Below, piece by piece: positions 6,224-14,725 of a DNA stretch of 14,725 nt. The notes beneath the pieces are model-generated. The model was given only the letters and a program-made list of their open reading frames with translations. It did not search any database and was not told where the DNA came from. Source of the DNA: a bacterium (GTDB taxonomy: Bacteria > Zhuqueibacterota > Zhuqueibacteria > Oceanimicrobiales > Oceanimicrobiaceae); assembly GCA_046757525.1 (NCBI GenBank), contig JBHHYI010000101.1, positions 1 to 14,725 of the forward strand, written 5' to 3'. The translations under genes and the position numbers were made by a program. Within the stretch, counting starts at the first letter, position 1, and each line of letters opens with the position of its first letter.

Positions 6224-8176
6224 CTATTCCTCGGGGATTAAATAAAAGTAGATGGTTCGATCCTCACCTTTCGCAAGGTTGATCTTGCGGGTGAAAGGTT
6301 CGGGCTGGTATCCTTGCTTCTGTACTGAGATTTCATAGTGGCCTTCCTGGAGTTCCACCCGCAACGGGGCTGTGTTTTTTCCCGCTTGCAACGCTTTGCC
6401 GTTTATGAAAACGAGCGCATTTTCAATGGCTTGTGGATTTGACAACAAAATGGTGACGGCGCCCAGGTCTTGTCTTGACGCTTGTGTGCCGTCTAAAATC
6501 AGGGGCGCGTTGGGCAAAGGCGTTAACGTTACTTTAAAAGACTGGAAGCCGGCTTTTGCAAAGGTCGTTTCTTTAGCCCACATTTCAAATCCGGGTTCTT
6601 CAATTCTGATCAAATAGGAGCGGCCGACTTTCAGATTGTTGAGCACCAGCAAACCGTTCTCGTCGGTCTTCCCGTACAATTTCCCGTTGACAAATATGCT
6701 TGCAGGCTCAGGATGGCGCGCATTTTCGACCAAAATCTCTAACTTCACCTCGGACCGGACGATCAGGCCGTCCAATTCATTCAGGCCATTCAGAGTGCTC
6801 TTTTTAAGTTGCGACTTAATAGAGCTCTCAAACTGCGCACCCACGTTCGCCTTAGCAGAGATTGGTTGCTTGCGCTTTTTTGCCAAAGGCTTTTGTGTGC
6901 GCAAGCTGGGAACCTCAGGTGCCGCAGGTTCTTTGACGGCCGGGTTCCTACCCACATTACCCTTGTCAGATACCACACGTGTTCCTGTCTTGGGGAGGGT
7001 TCTGTCTGCTTCAAAACCGGCGATGGCATGGTCAATCAATTCTTCTGACCCCTGGACAATTTCTTGAATGTCATCGACGATGTCCACTTCCTGGCCCGAG
7101 ATTGAATCTGCTGCCAGGCTGGATTGGCCGGGGCGGATGCTGGTTTTGGTGTGCAAGCCATTTGTGAACAGATCGAATTTAAATGCCAAAAAAATCAGAA
7201 CCAGGCCCAGCATTAGGCTGGCTAAGGCCATGGTTAAAGACCTTGGTCTCGCGCGTTTATAAGGATTTGTTTTAGGCAGATTCTCTAAATCTTGCAACTG
7301 ATTGGTAAAATTCGATTTCAGCTTTTGTTTGGGCGACCCAGCCACGTGGTTCCCATTTTGCCGGGAGGCGCGATCGGCTTGAGCCAGTTTTTCCAAAAAG
7401 TGGCTCAGGTTGACAAAACGGCTTTCTTTATTTGGCTGAAGCGACTGGGCCACTACTTCATCCAGGACATCCGGAATTTCTAACCGCTGCAGGCTTGGTG
7501 GAATGACGGAATTCTTGTTGTGCCCGTTCAGGAGGGCCTGGAATTCCTGGCCAGCACAGGGCAAGTTGCCGACCAGCAGTTGATAAAAGATGACCCCCAG
7601 GGAATAAATGTCACTCTGACTGTCGTTGTCCGTAAGTTTTTGAACAAATTCCGGGGAGTAATAGGGCAATGAGTACAACACGTGGGATTCTTTCCTCTCG
7701 ATCAGTAGCCGAATGAACGCATCGAACCTGAAGTCTGCAATCTTGACTGCACCGGTGTTTCTTTCTACAAAGATGTTGTGCGGCGAGAGGGTGCTGTGCG
7801 CCACGCCGGCCACATGGGCGTAGCGCAATTGCGCTGCGATATGGCGAATCGTTTGAATGGCGTCGTCCACCGAAAAGGCGCGTGTACTCTCGAAAAGATG
7901 AGATAGGGGTTGGCCAGCGCTGTATTCTAACACCACAAAATGCTTGCCCGAGTCAAGACCCTGGTCTAAAGCTCTCAAACATTCTACACCTTGCAAGGCA
8001 CAATATGACTTGGCACAACGGTGAAAAACCCTGACAACTTCACCTTGACGTGCTAATTCATCCTTGAGCAGCTTGATCAACACTGGCCTGTCGTTTCTTC
8101 GGTCGGTTGCCTGGTAGAGGTCACAAATGCCATCTTCGAAAAGCTTGTTGCCAAGCTTATATTCTTTCAGAACCAT
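6224..8176 (-). CDS. Hanks-type Ser/Thr kinase-fold membrane protein (probable pseudokinase) with C-terminal PEGA-like domains, 650 aa
   Basis: VLIK, VVLEY, YYSPE and SDIYSLGV kinase motifs. Single TM at about aa 314-334. C-terminal ASIFVNGKLYGKT and ALVFING...TAPL...GHYEISVQKQGY PEGA-like repeats. Confidence 0.85.
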   Translation of the reverse strand: MVLKEYKLGNKLFEDGICDLYQATDRRNDRPVLIKLLKDELARQGEVVRVFHRCAKSYCALQGVECLRALDQGLDSGKHFVVLEYSAGQPLSHLFESTRAFSVDDAIQTIRHIAAQLRYAHVAGVAHSTLSPHNIFVERNTGAVKIADFRFDAFIRLLIERKESHVLYSLPYYSPEFVQKLTDNDSQSDIYSLGVIFYQLLVGNLPCAGQEFQALLNGHNKNSVIPPSLQRLEIPDVLDEVVAQSLQPNKESRFVNLSHFLEKLAQADRASRQNGNHVAGSPKQKLKSNFTNQLQDLENLPKTNPYKRARPRSLTMALASLMLGLVLIFLAFKFDLFTNGLHTKTSIRPGQSSLAADSISGQEVDIVDDIQEIVQGSEELIDHAIAGFEADRTLPKTGTRVVSDKGNVGRNPAVKEPAAPEVPSLRTQKPLAKKRKQPISAKANVGAQFESSIKSQLKKSTLNGLNELDGLIVRSEVKLEILVENARHPEPASIFVNGKLYGKTDENGLLVLNNLKVGRSYLIRIEEPGFEMWAKETTFAKAGFQSFKVTLTPLPNAPLILDGTQASRQDLGAVTILLSNPQAIENALVFINGKALQAGKNTAPLRVELQEGHYEISVQKQGYQPEPFTRKINLAKGEDRTIYFYLIPEE

Positions 8177-8260
8177 AGTTCAGTCAGCAATCCCAGAAGT
8201 CTCACGCGACAGTAATTTCTATACGATGGATTTAAGATTTCATAACTTTTTGATTTCTGC

Positions 8261-8289
8261 TTGACTTGTGCCACAAATATTTGTATACT
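8261..8289 (+). promoter_or_regulatory. Near-consensus sigma70 promoter TTGACT-17-TATACT
   Basis: 5/6 match at -35 and 5/6 at -10 with an optimal spacer. Palindromes TTGTG-C-CACAA (8266-8276) and ACAAATATTTGT (8273-8284) overlap it. Confidence 0.6.
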
Positions 8290-8295
8290 ACCTTC

Positions 8296-8460
8296 GTAAA
8301 TTTTGAGAATCCTTTTCATATCTATGCACTCGTCACGCGGTCTGTTCACAAAAGCTTAAATGGAGTATTAAATACCGAGTCTCAGCAATGCCGTTTAGGG
8401 GAGTTCCACCACCTCCAAAGAGAAAAAGCTCGTCGAACCTTGGCGAGCTTTTCTTATTTT
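8296..8460 (+). ncRNA. Candidate small RNA (~165 nt), family unknown
   Basis: Bounded by the promoter above and the terminator below, and contains no SD-supported ORF. Inferred only. Confidence 0.4.
8421..8460 (+). terminator. Intrinsic terminator (possibly bidirectional)
   Basis: Stem AAGCTCGTCGA-ACC-TTGGCGAGCTT (8426-8450) with two G-U pairs that form only on the plus-strand RNA, followed by TTCTTATTTT. An A-tract precedes it. Confidence 0.7.
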
Positions 8461-8648
8461 CAGTTAGAACTTGTGCATCGAAACCCGTCTGAATCATTAC
8501 TTTTTTACCGTTTCCGCTTTGTTTTTGTCAGCAAGCCTTACAGTCTATTTACATATTACAGAATCCCAAACTATTAATACCCACAAACTTTCAAAAATGG
8601 TAAATGTTTACGGTCGATTTTACCATCTATTTTTGTGGTCAGTTAGAG

Positions 8649-10832
8649 TCACAGCATGCCTTTTCTCTTGCGAATGAACCATTCAGTAGCGAAGAGAAAA
8701 ATGCAGATAAGTAGGAGGGGACTCTTGTTCCAGATTTCCCATTCATTTTTTTGGGTGTGAACTTTAGCGGGGAAGTCGAGCCGGTCGTTGAGGTTAGCGA
8801 GATTGTTGACGTTGAAGACTGCGCCGCCGCTTTCTTCAGCGATACGCTTCAGCAAGTTCTCATTCATGCGCGTATTTTTAAATTCGAGGTTGAATTCTTC
8901 CACTGAGAATTTCCCGTGGTCGCGCCCCAGCACGCGCCCTTGCAAATGGGCCGTACCCGTGTAGCGATAGTCGCCGCCTTCCATGATTTGGAAGCTGCCC
9001 TGGTACCGGCCTTGCCCCAGGTTTGCCAGGGACAGCTCTTGTTCGTGACCATTTCTGGTCAGTTGTACCGTCACTTCAGCGCCATCTACCGGGCGGTAAT
9101 CTTTGTAATAGACTTGCGCGGTGAATTTCACTTCTTCTCCGCTCCGATAGATTTCTTTATTGGAAGAGATTCTGACCAGCTTGCTCTCTTCCAGGGTGGT
9201 CAGCCATCGAATGGTGTTGTTTAAGAACTTCTGGTAAGTTTTGTTGTCCTTGCCAATACCCCACATCAACAAATCCCAACGCCACAAACCGTAGGCGGCA
9301 ATCGCCACTGATTTGCGCTGGCCAGAACTCGCGGAGAATACCAGCGGCAGATTCTGCTTGTGCACAATTTCTGAGCGCTGCCAATCGACTGAAGCGAGAG
9401 TCTGAGTGGTTGGCTGCAATCGAATGGTCTGAATGTTGGTGAAAACCGGAGGTAACTCTCGCCACAGCTCCTTGATTTCGAGCTCATCTTCTGAGATTCT
9501 AAACAACGGGTGATTGATCCCTTGCGGCAGAATCTTGAGGTAAACCAACCGTTCGGTGGCCAGCGTGACTTTGAAATCGAACGGCAAAAAATCCTTCAAA
9601 AGCCAAAGCTTCTCTTTACTGACATTCTTGCCAAATAGAAATAGCAAAGGTTTGCCCTGCGACAGGACACTTTTCAGCGTATTCAACGTTTGGTTGCTGC
9701 TCCTTTTCCGCGGAAAATCTAATAAGATCAAGCAGTCGCTTGCCTTCAACTTCTCGGTCGTCTGCAAAGCATTGTCGTTGTAGAAAGTCCCGTTGAATTT
9801 CTCCACATAAGTTTGAATTTCGAAGTTCTTGTCAGATTCCAGGGCGCGTTGCAAGAACGAGAAATCTGCACTCGGCCCGCCGGCCACGATGGCGACCTTT
9901 AATTTGCTTTTCAACACTTTGACATAAAACGATTTCTGGTTGTTGATATAGGTCAACTCCCCTTCTAAATGGGGCAAATTGATGCTGTACTTGAACAAGC
10001 CTTCTTCCCCGGGGGTGAAATAAAACCGGACCTTTTGCTCGAGGGTATTGCCCGAAAGTCTCACAAGTTTGCTGTCGACTGTTTTGTTGTTCAGCATCAG
10101 GTTGACGGGAATCTTCTTATTTTCGAAGCCGCTACTTTTTAGGTAGACGTCTAATGGGATTTTCTCATCTGCATAGACGATTTCGTTGGTCAAGAAGTTT
10201 GAAATGAGCATATCTCTTTGTTCCTCCGGATCCCCGACCGGCACGGCAAAGATGGGCACACCGTAGGAAGCTGCGTATCTTATGGGATTCTCTCCCATGT
10301 TGTTAGCCCCATCTGTAATCAAAACTACCGCGGCAAAATATTTTTCTGCCATCTTTTCCTTAAGCTCCTCCAGCGCTCTTTTGATGTCCGTTCCGTCACC
10401 ATTGAACCGTATGGAGTCCGGCGAAGGAGAGGCCAGGGCAGTCAACTGATGGTCAAAGCGGAAAAACTCGAGCGCGTAGCGTTCTGGCACCCGCTGCAGG
10501 AAATGAGTTCGCAAGACCTTTTTGACTTCTTCGGCCCGATTCACCTTTTCGTCCGTCAAACCCATGCTTGCCGAATCGTCCACAAGCACGGCGACTGCCG
10601 GCATTTCCTTTTTCTTGAGAGTAACGCTGAAGATGGGTTCGAAGAGAAGCAGGATTACGATGAACAAGGCCATTGTTCTGATAAACGTAAGCAAAAAACG
10701 AATCCCGGTGGCGACCGGCGGGATGGTTTTTCTGTAAACAAAATAGCTGAGAGCTGCTGCGGCCAGAAGCGCTACGACGAAGAGCACTGTGCTGCCGGCT
10801 AAATTCAACTCCATGCCTGTGAAGTCAGTCAT
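8649..10832 (-). CDS. Membrane-anchored vWA-domain protein, 727 aa
   Basis: Two N-terminal TM segments, MIDAS motif VLVDDSASM, GTDI and LITDG motifs, Ig-like middle region and a C-terminal TM ending EWFIRKRKGML. SD AAGGA. Confidence 0.85.
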   Translation of the reverse strand: MTDFTGMELNLAGSTVLFVVALLAAAALSYFVYRKTIPPVATGIRFLLTFIRTMALFIVILLLFEPIFSVTLKKKEMPAVAVLVDDSASMGLTDEKVNRAEEVKKVLRTHFLQRVPERYALEFFRFDHQLTALASPSPDSIRFNGDGTDIKRALEELKEKMAEKYFAAVVLITDGANNMGENPIRYAASYGVPIFAVPVGDPEEQRDMLISNFLTNEIVYADEKIPLDVYLKSSGFENKKIPVNLMLNNKTVDSKLVRLSGNTLEQKVRFYFTPGEEGLFKYSINLPHLEGELTYINNQKSFYVKVLKSKLKVAIVAGGPSADFSFLQRALESDKNFEIQTYVEKFNGTFYNDNALQTTEKLKASDCLILLDFPRKRSSNQTLNTLKSVLSQGKPLLFLFGKNVSKEKLWLLKDFLPFDFKVTLATERLVYLKILPQGINHPLFRISEDELEIKELWRELPPVFTNIQTIRLQPTTQTLASVDWQRSEIVHKQNLPLVFSASSGQRKSVAIAAYGLWRWDLLMWGIGKDNKTYQKFLNNTIRWLTTLEESKLVRISSNKEIYRSGEEVKFTAQVYYKDYRPVDGAEVTVQLTRNGHEQELSLANLGQGRYQGSFQIMEGGDYRYTGTAHLQGRVLGRDHGKFSVEEFNLEFKNTRMNENLLKRIAEESGGAVFNVNNLANLNDRLDFPAKVHTQKNEWEIWNKSPLLLICIFLFATEWFIRKRKGML

Positions 10833-11055
10833 TGATTTTTTCCTTTTTTAAGAAACACCTGCTCTTCGTAACGCAATCGTCTCGATTGCGAGGGCGATTC
10901 TCCGTTTGAAAGGAGACAGATATTCGCTCGTCCAGAGCGAAAATCAGAGGGATGTCTGGCCGGGCGAACCATGACTCGGGATTTCAGGACGCCTCCTAAA
11001 ATCCCCCTGGTTTTTTCGCTGGACGCTTTGCTCTTAGGAAACGCTCCCTGTTTGC

Positions 11056-11147
11056 TGTCATGCCTGCGAAAGCAGGCATCCACTGGGTGGCCGGGTAGGG
11101 GGCCACCCAACTCCAACCCCTGGATTCCTGCTTTCGCAGGAAAGACA
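11056..11147. repeat. REP-like inverted doublet (27-bp palindromic units around a hairpin spacer)
   Basis: TGTCATGCCTGCGAAAGCAGGCATCCA (11056-11082) and TGGATTCCTGCTTTCGCAGGAAAGACA (11121-11147) are 24/27 inverted. The 38-bp spacer holds a TGGGTGGCC/GGCCACCCA stem. Resembles the widespread GTCATTCCCGCGAAAGCGGGAATCCA-type repeats. Confidence 0.85.
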
Positions 11148-11179
11148 TCGCTTGTTCCGACTCTTGGGCGTTTCCGATA

Positions 11180-11209
11180 TTTAAAGCAATCCGGCGGCTG
11201 CCGGATTGC
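11180..11209 (-). terminator. Putative terminator hairpin downstream of tsaD
   Basis: Perfect 10-bp stem GCAATCCGGC/GCCGGATTGC with a 4-nt loop, followed on the minus strand by a short TTTAAA tail. Confidence 0.5.
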
Positions 11210-11257
11210 GGGGGCTTCTATGAAACGCTGCTTGCACGTGCCGCAAATCTCTCGTCC

Positions 11258-12256
11258 TCACGCTAACGTCAGGGCTGGCCTGGGGCTTAAACTGAACTCA
11301 GAGCTGTTCCCCTGTGCAAGGTAGAACGCCCCTGCTTTGGCGATCATGGCACCGTTGTCCGTGCACAAATCGGGCGGTGGAATAAACAGTTGGAATCCAA
11401 GCGTCTGGCTTGCAGCCGCCAGGCGTTGTCTCAGCAACGAATTGCTCGCGACGCCACCGGCCAGCACCAGTTGATCTATGGCACGCCTCTTGAGCGCTGC
11501 CAGGCTGTTGTCGACCAACACCGCTACCGCCGCCGCCTGAAAGCTGGCGGCGATGTGGGCTCGTGTCTGCCTGCGCTGCTCAGCGCTGAGCGATTGCAGA
11601 GAATAGAGAACAGCCGTCTTGAGTCCGCTGTAGCTAAAGTCGAGACTGGCGTCTTTGAATTGGGCCCTGGGAAATCTGACATAGTCGGCGTCGCCCTTTT
11701 GCGCCAACTTGTCGATGGCCGGGCCGCCTGGATACGGCAAATCTAACATTTTGGCCACTTTGTCGAAGGCCTCTCCGACGGCGTCGTCCCGGGTTTTTCC
11801 GACAATCTCGTAGTCACCCCAGCTTTTCACCAGCACCAGTTGGGTGTGACCGCCGGAGACGATCAGAGCAACGAACGGCGGTTCTGGACCTTCCGCAACG
11901 ACAGAATTAGAAAAAATGTGCCCTTCCAGATGGTTCACACCGACGAACGGTTTGCCCAGGCCAAGCGACATGGCTTTGGCAAAGTTAAGGCCCACCAGAA
12001 GGGAACCCGCCAGCCCCGGTCCGTAGGTCACCGCAATGCCGTCCAGTTGGTTTGCGGCAATGCCGGCCTTGTCGAGAGCGCTTTGTACGATGGGTACGAT
12101 CAGTTTCACATGGGCGCGCGAAGCCAGTTCTGGCACCACGCCACCAAACTGCCGGTGCACCTCCTGGGAGGCAACTACATTCGCAGCTAATCGGTCATGC
12201 CGCCAGACCGCAGCGGCGGTTTCATCGCAGGAGGTTTCAATGCCCAGCACGATCAT
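11258..12256 (-). CDS. tsaD: tRNA N6-adenosine threonylcarbamoyltransferase TsaD, 332 aa
   Basis: LGIETSCDETAAA, GGVVPELASRAH, GPGL, VNHLEGH, VSGGHT, DDAVGEAFDK, FSYSGLKTA and CTDNGAMIA motifs. Confidence 0.98.
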   Translation of the reverse strand: MIVLGIETSCDETAAAVWRHDRLAANVVASQEVHRQFGGVVPELASRAHVKLIVPIVQSALDKAGIAANQLDGIAVTYGPGLAGSLLVGLNFAKAMSLGLGKPFVGVNHLEGHIFSNSVVAEGPEPPFVALIVSGGHTQLVLVKSWGDYEIVGKTRDDAVGEAFDKVAKMLDLPYPGGPAIDKLAQKGDADYVRFPRAQFKDASLDFSYSGLKTAVLYSLQSLSAEQRRQTRAHIAASFQAAAVAVLVDNSLAALKRRAIDQLVLAGGVASNSLLRQRLAAASQTLGFQLFIPPPDLCTDNGAMIAKAGAFYLAQGNSSEFSLSPRPALTLA

Positions 12257-12257
12257 T

Positions 12258-13589
12258 TCAAAATGCTACCAGGGCGTCGACGATGAGCTGGCCGTCCCAA
12301 TGTTCGTTAAAGCCGTACTCGACCCGCAGGAGGTTCATATAGGGCAGATGAAAATGCAAGCCGGCGCCCCAACCGGTGATGAACTTCTGCGTGGTCAGTT
12401 TCTCCCCCTGAAACCAAACGGCACCGGTGTCGATGAAAATTGCGCCGCTGATGCCAAAACGCAGATTGCTACCGTACCGCCCCATGGACGCGAGCGGTTT
12501 CCAGTTGTGGTAGGTGATCTTTCTGATTGGAAAACGGAACTCAAAGTTGCCCACGGCCAGGTTTTCGCCCGAGGCACGGGACCGAAAATGACCTCGAATG
12601 CGCGTAAGAAAGCCCAGATGCACCTGGCGATAAATCGGAATCGTTCCGTGGGCAAGGTTGGCCGCGCCCCTGAAAGCCAAGGTGGTCTTACCCACCGGAA
12701 AATATTGTCTGAAATCTGCGCCATACCGATAGAAATCGATCGTGTTTCCGAACCATCCCGTCTTCTTGATCCAGAGGTTAACATAGTGGCCGCGGTGCGT
12801 GTATTCCCACAGGTCGCGGGTGTCGTTAGTGAAAGACAAACCAACGCTGGGCAGTTTATCGTTGTCGGAAGACGAGAGCACCAGGACAGAATCTCCAGAG
12901 GAGAGGCGCGTGTAGCCCAGGTTCACATCCAAATAGGTGAAATGTCCAAAACGCTTGCCAATTCTCCAGGCAAACCCCACTTGGTGTTCATCCACGTCCA
13001 GGTCTTGCACTGTGAAACTTTTGTTGCGTACGCGTTTGGCAAACACAGAAATACTGGTGTAGAATTTTAGTTTGCCGAAGATCCACGGATTGGAGTAGGA
13101 CAGTCTCACTGAGGGATTAAAGCCCAACCAAAACGAAAAATCGATGATTTCCCTACGTCCGCGGAAGTTCAAATGCAGCAGTCCGGCCCCGACAGAAATC
13201 CTGCTCCAGTCTCTTTCGTTTCTAAAGATGATGGGGTAGGGGAAGATAGACCACATCTCGCTGACGGTAACTACGAGAATGGTGCCGTTGGGGGTTGGCA
13301 CCTGGTCGATTTCAACTCGATTGAATATGCCCAGATTCTGAATGCGCAGGCGATCCTGTTCAATTTTGACCGAGTCGAGTTTGTCGCCCGGCTTCAACTT
13401 CATCTCGCGAAGAATGGTTTCTTCTTGGGTCTTTTCGTTGCCCTGAACCAATACCACAAAAACCCGATCCGACTTGTCGGTGCTGGTACTGTCGTCCGGA
13501 AGCTTTATGAACTTTTGACCGTAGGCGTTGGAGAGGCTGATTAGAAAAAGAACAGGAAGGAAAGCCAGTTTGCTGCTGATGGAGTGCAT
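12258..13589 (-). CDS. Omp85 (BamA/TamA-family) outer-membrane protein with a POTRA domain
   Basis: Signal peptide, POTRA (VQGNEKTQEETILREM...RIQNLGIFNRV), NFRGR, IRG loop, FIDTGAVW, GWGAGL and C-terminal F. ATG 13589 has SD GAGGT; the longest ORF begins at 13631. Confidence 0.85.
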   Translation of the reverse strand: MHSISSKLAFLPVLFLISLSNAYGQKFIKLPDDSTSTDKSDRVFVVLVQGNEKTQEETILREMKLKPGDKLDSVKIEQDRLRIQNLGIFNRVEIDQVPTPNGTILVVTVSEMWSIFPYPIIFRNERDWSRISVGAGLLHLNFRGRREIIDFSFWLGFNPSVRLSYSNPWIFGKLKFYTSISVFAKRVRNKSFTVQDLDVDEHQVGFAWRIGKRFGHFTYLDVNLGYTRLSSGDSVLVLSSSDNDKLPSVGLSFTNDTRDLWEYTHRGHYVNLWIKKTGWFGNTIDFYRYGADFRQYFPVGKTTLAFRGAANLAHGTIPIYRQVHLGFLTRIRGHFRSRASGENLAVGNFEFRFPIRKITYHNWKPLASMGRYGSNLRFGISGAIFIDTGAVWFQGEKLTTQKFITGWGAGLHFHLPYMNLLRVEYGFNEHWDGQLIVDALVAF

Positions 13590-13631
13590 GGGAAACCTCA
13601 AACTAAAAGTTACGACTGAGAATTGAAACAT

Positions 13632-14725
13632 TCAAAACTTTTCTAAGAGTCGGAAGGTGAATCTAAAATCATCGTTGGACCGGTCTGTTCTTTTGGCAAC
13701 GTCCATGCGAAAGATCCCCTCGAGGACCATGATTGAAAGGCCCACATCGGTCTTCAGATTGTCAAAGGTGAGGTCGCCGAAACCGTCGAACAGCCCGTCA
13801 CCAGGGTCGGTAACGTCGGCCCAGCCCGTATCCACGAAGATGCCCAGAGAGAGAACCGACCAGAAACCGCCGAAGTAAGGGATTCCGGTCAGGGGGATTC
13901 TTTGCAAGACATCACCGCCAAATAGATAATTGGCGTTGAACATGAAAACGCGATTGCCGGCAAGTGACAGCTCCTTGTCGTCAAAGCCGCGCAAACCACC
14001 GATGCCGCCAATGGTTGTAATATATTGATCTGCTAAACTGCCGTGCCTGGTTCCCAGGATCGTTCGAAACACGATGCGCTGGTTGCCAAAACTTGGCTGA
14101 AAGCGCTTGAGCGTTAAAAAGAGTCCGTCGGTGTCAAAGTCTTCGCTGGTGTGTTCGTAAATGCCCTCGAAATACCATCCAGTTAACGGGAATAAGGGAT
14201 TGTCGCGCCAGTCGAAGGCGGTGATGACTCTGATGTTGGTTTCGTCGCCCTCCCCGATCTGAAACGGCGCCCTGGTGGGATTGTTGTCAAAATCCCGGTC
14301 GCCGCCGAACACGCTCCAATTGGTATTTTTCCGGAGCGCGTCAATGGTGCGTCTGCCGACTTCCAATCGAAAAATATGTGCGCCCGCAAACTGCTGCTCC
14401 ACGAAAAACTTGAATCCTTCGGTTCCGTAATAGTCTTTGAAGTCCTCTCGCAAAAAAAAAGCCGCCAATGAATTCTCCACATCACCAATGAGCCAGTTGT
14501 CTGCCGAATCCAACCTTTTAAATACTTCGGCACCAATGCTCAAGCGGTTAAACTCAAAGAAATCTTTACGTGTGCCCACATTAAATCTAAATTTCTTGTC
14601 GGTCTGATTTTCGAAGCCCCAGCCCGCGTCTCCGTAGATCTGAAATCTGGGTATCGCCAGGGGACGGTATCTGAGGCCGAAGTTCAAAAACAGCCCTTCT
14701 ACCCGATTGTAGTGAGGTTTCGAAT
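13632..14725 (-). CDS. Omp85/BamA-TamA-like beta-barrel protein, 5'-truncated by the window edge
   Basis: The frame is open to the window end (SKPHYNRVEGLFLNFG...). GGIGGLRGF, FVDTGWA, KTDVGLS and RMDVAKR motifs, C-terminal F. Confidence 0.82.
   Translation of the reverse strand, partial: SKPHYNRVEGLFLNFGLRYRPLAIPRFQIYGDAGWGFENQTDKKFRFNVGTRKDFFEFNRLSIGAEVFKRLDSADNWLIGDVENSLAAFFLREDFKDYYGTEGFKFFVEQQFAGAHIFRLEVGRRTIDALRKNTNWSVFGGDRDFDNNPTRAPFQIGEGDETNIRVITAFDWRDNPLFPLTGWYFEGIYEHTSEDFDTDGLFLTLKRFQPSFGNQRIVFRTILGTRHGSLADQYITTIGGIGGLRGFDDKELSLAGNRVFMFNANYLFGGDVLQRIPLTGIPYFGGFWSVLSLGIFVDTGWADVTDPGDGLFDGFGDLTFDNLKTDVGLSIMVLEGIFRMDVAKRTDRSNDDFRFTFRLLEKF

Noticed and set aside
8266..8677. 103-aa and 68-aa plus-strand ORFs in the AT-rich spacer
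   Set aside because: No SD. The first starts inside the predicted promoter and crosses the terminator. Composition is not protein-like.
10829..11324. 95-aa and 117-aa ORFs in the tsaD-vWA spacer
   Set aside because: Translations of palindromic repeats (e.g. WIPAFAGKT, DACFRRHD), a common annotation artefact.
12036..13070. 344-aa plus-strand ORF
   Set aside because: Antisense shadow of tsaD and the Omp85 gene, with no recognisable motifs.
1..14725. CRISPR array, tRNA/rRNA, transposase or integrase genes
   Set aside because: No regularly spaced direct repeats, cloverleaf or rRNA signatures, or recombinase/transposase motifs were seen.

Overview
Bacterial chromosomal window of about 50% GC. 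The tandem Omp85 genes indicate a diderm; the gene style would fit a KSB1/Calditrichota-like lineage, but that is only a guess. The left 6.2 kb is an accessory, all-plus-strand patchwork. It begins with a complete integron-type gene cassette (69-852) carrying a PIN-domain toxin, an unannotated 52-aa partner ORF and a canonical attC site. No integrase is present in the window, and the cassette appears to split a REP-like palindromic doublet. It is followed by a DUF5996 protein, an MNT-HEPN toxin-antitoxin pair, a GT2 glycosyltransferase, a DUF427 protein, a Zn-ribbon/DUF5655-like protein and two small membrane proteins. The right 8.5 kb is minus-strand and more housekeeping-like: two tandem Omp85/BamA-TamA-family barrels, tsaD, a hairpin/REP-rich spacer, a vWA membrane protein, and a membrane Ser/Thr-kinase-fold PEGA protein that has lost its catalytic residues. 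Between the last two genes lies an orphan plus-strand sigma70-like promoter and terminator pair, which suggests a ~165-nt sRNA. All calls come from motif recognition by eye; no database searches were run.
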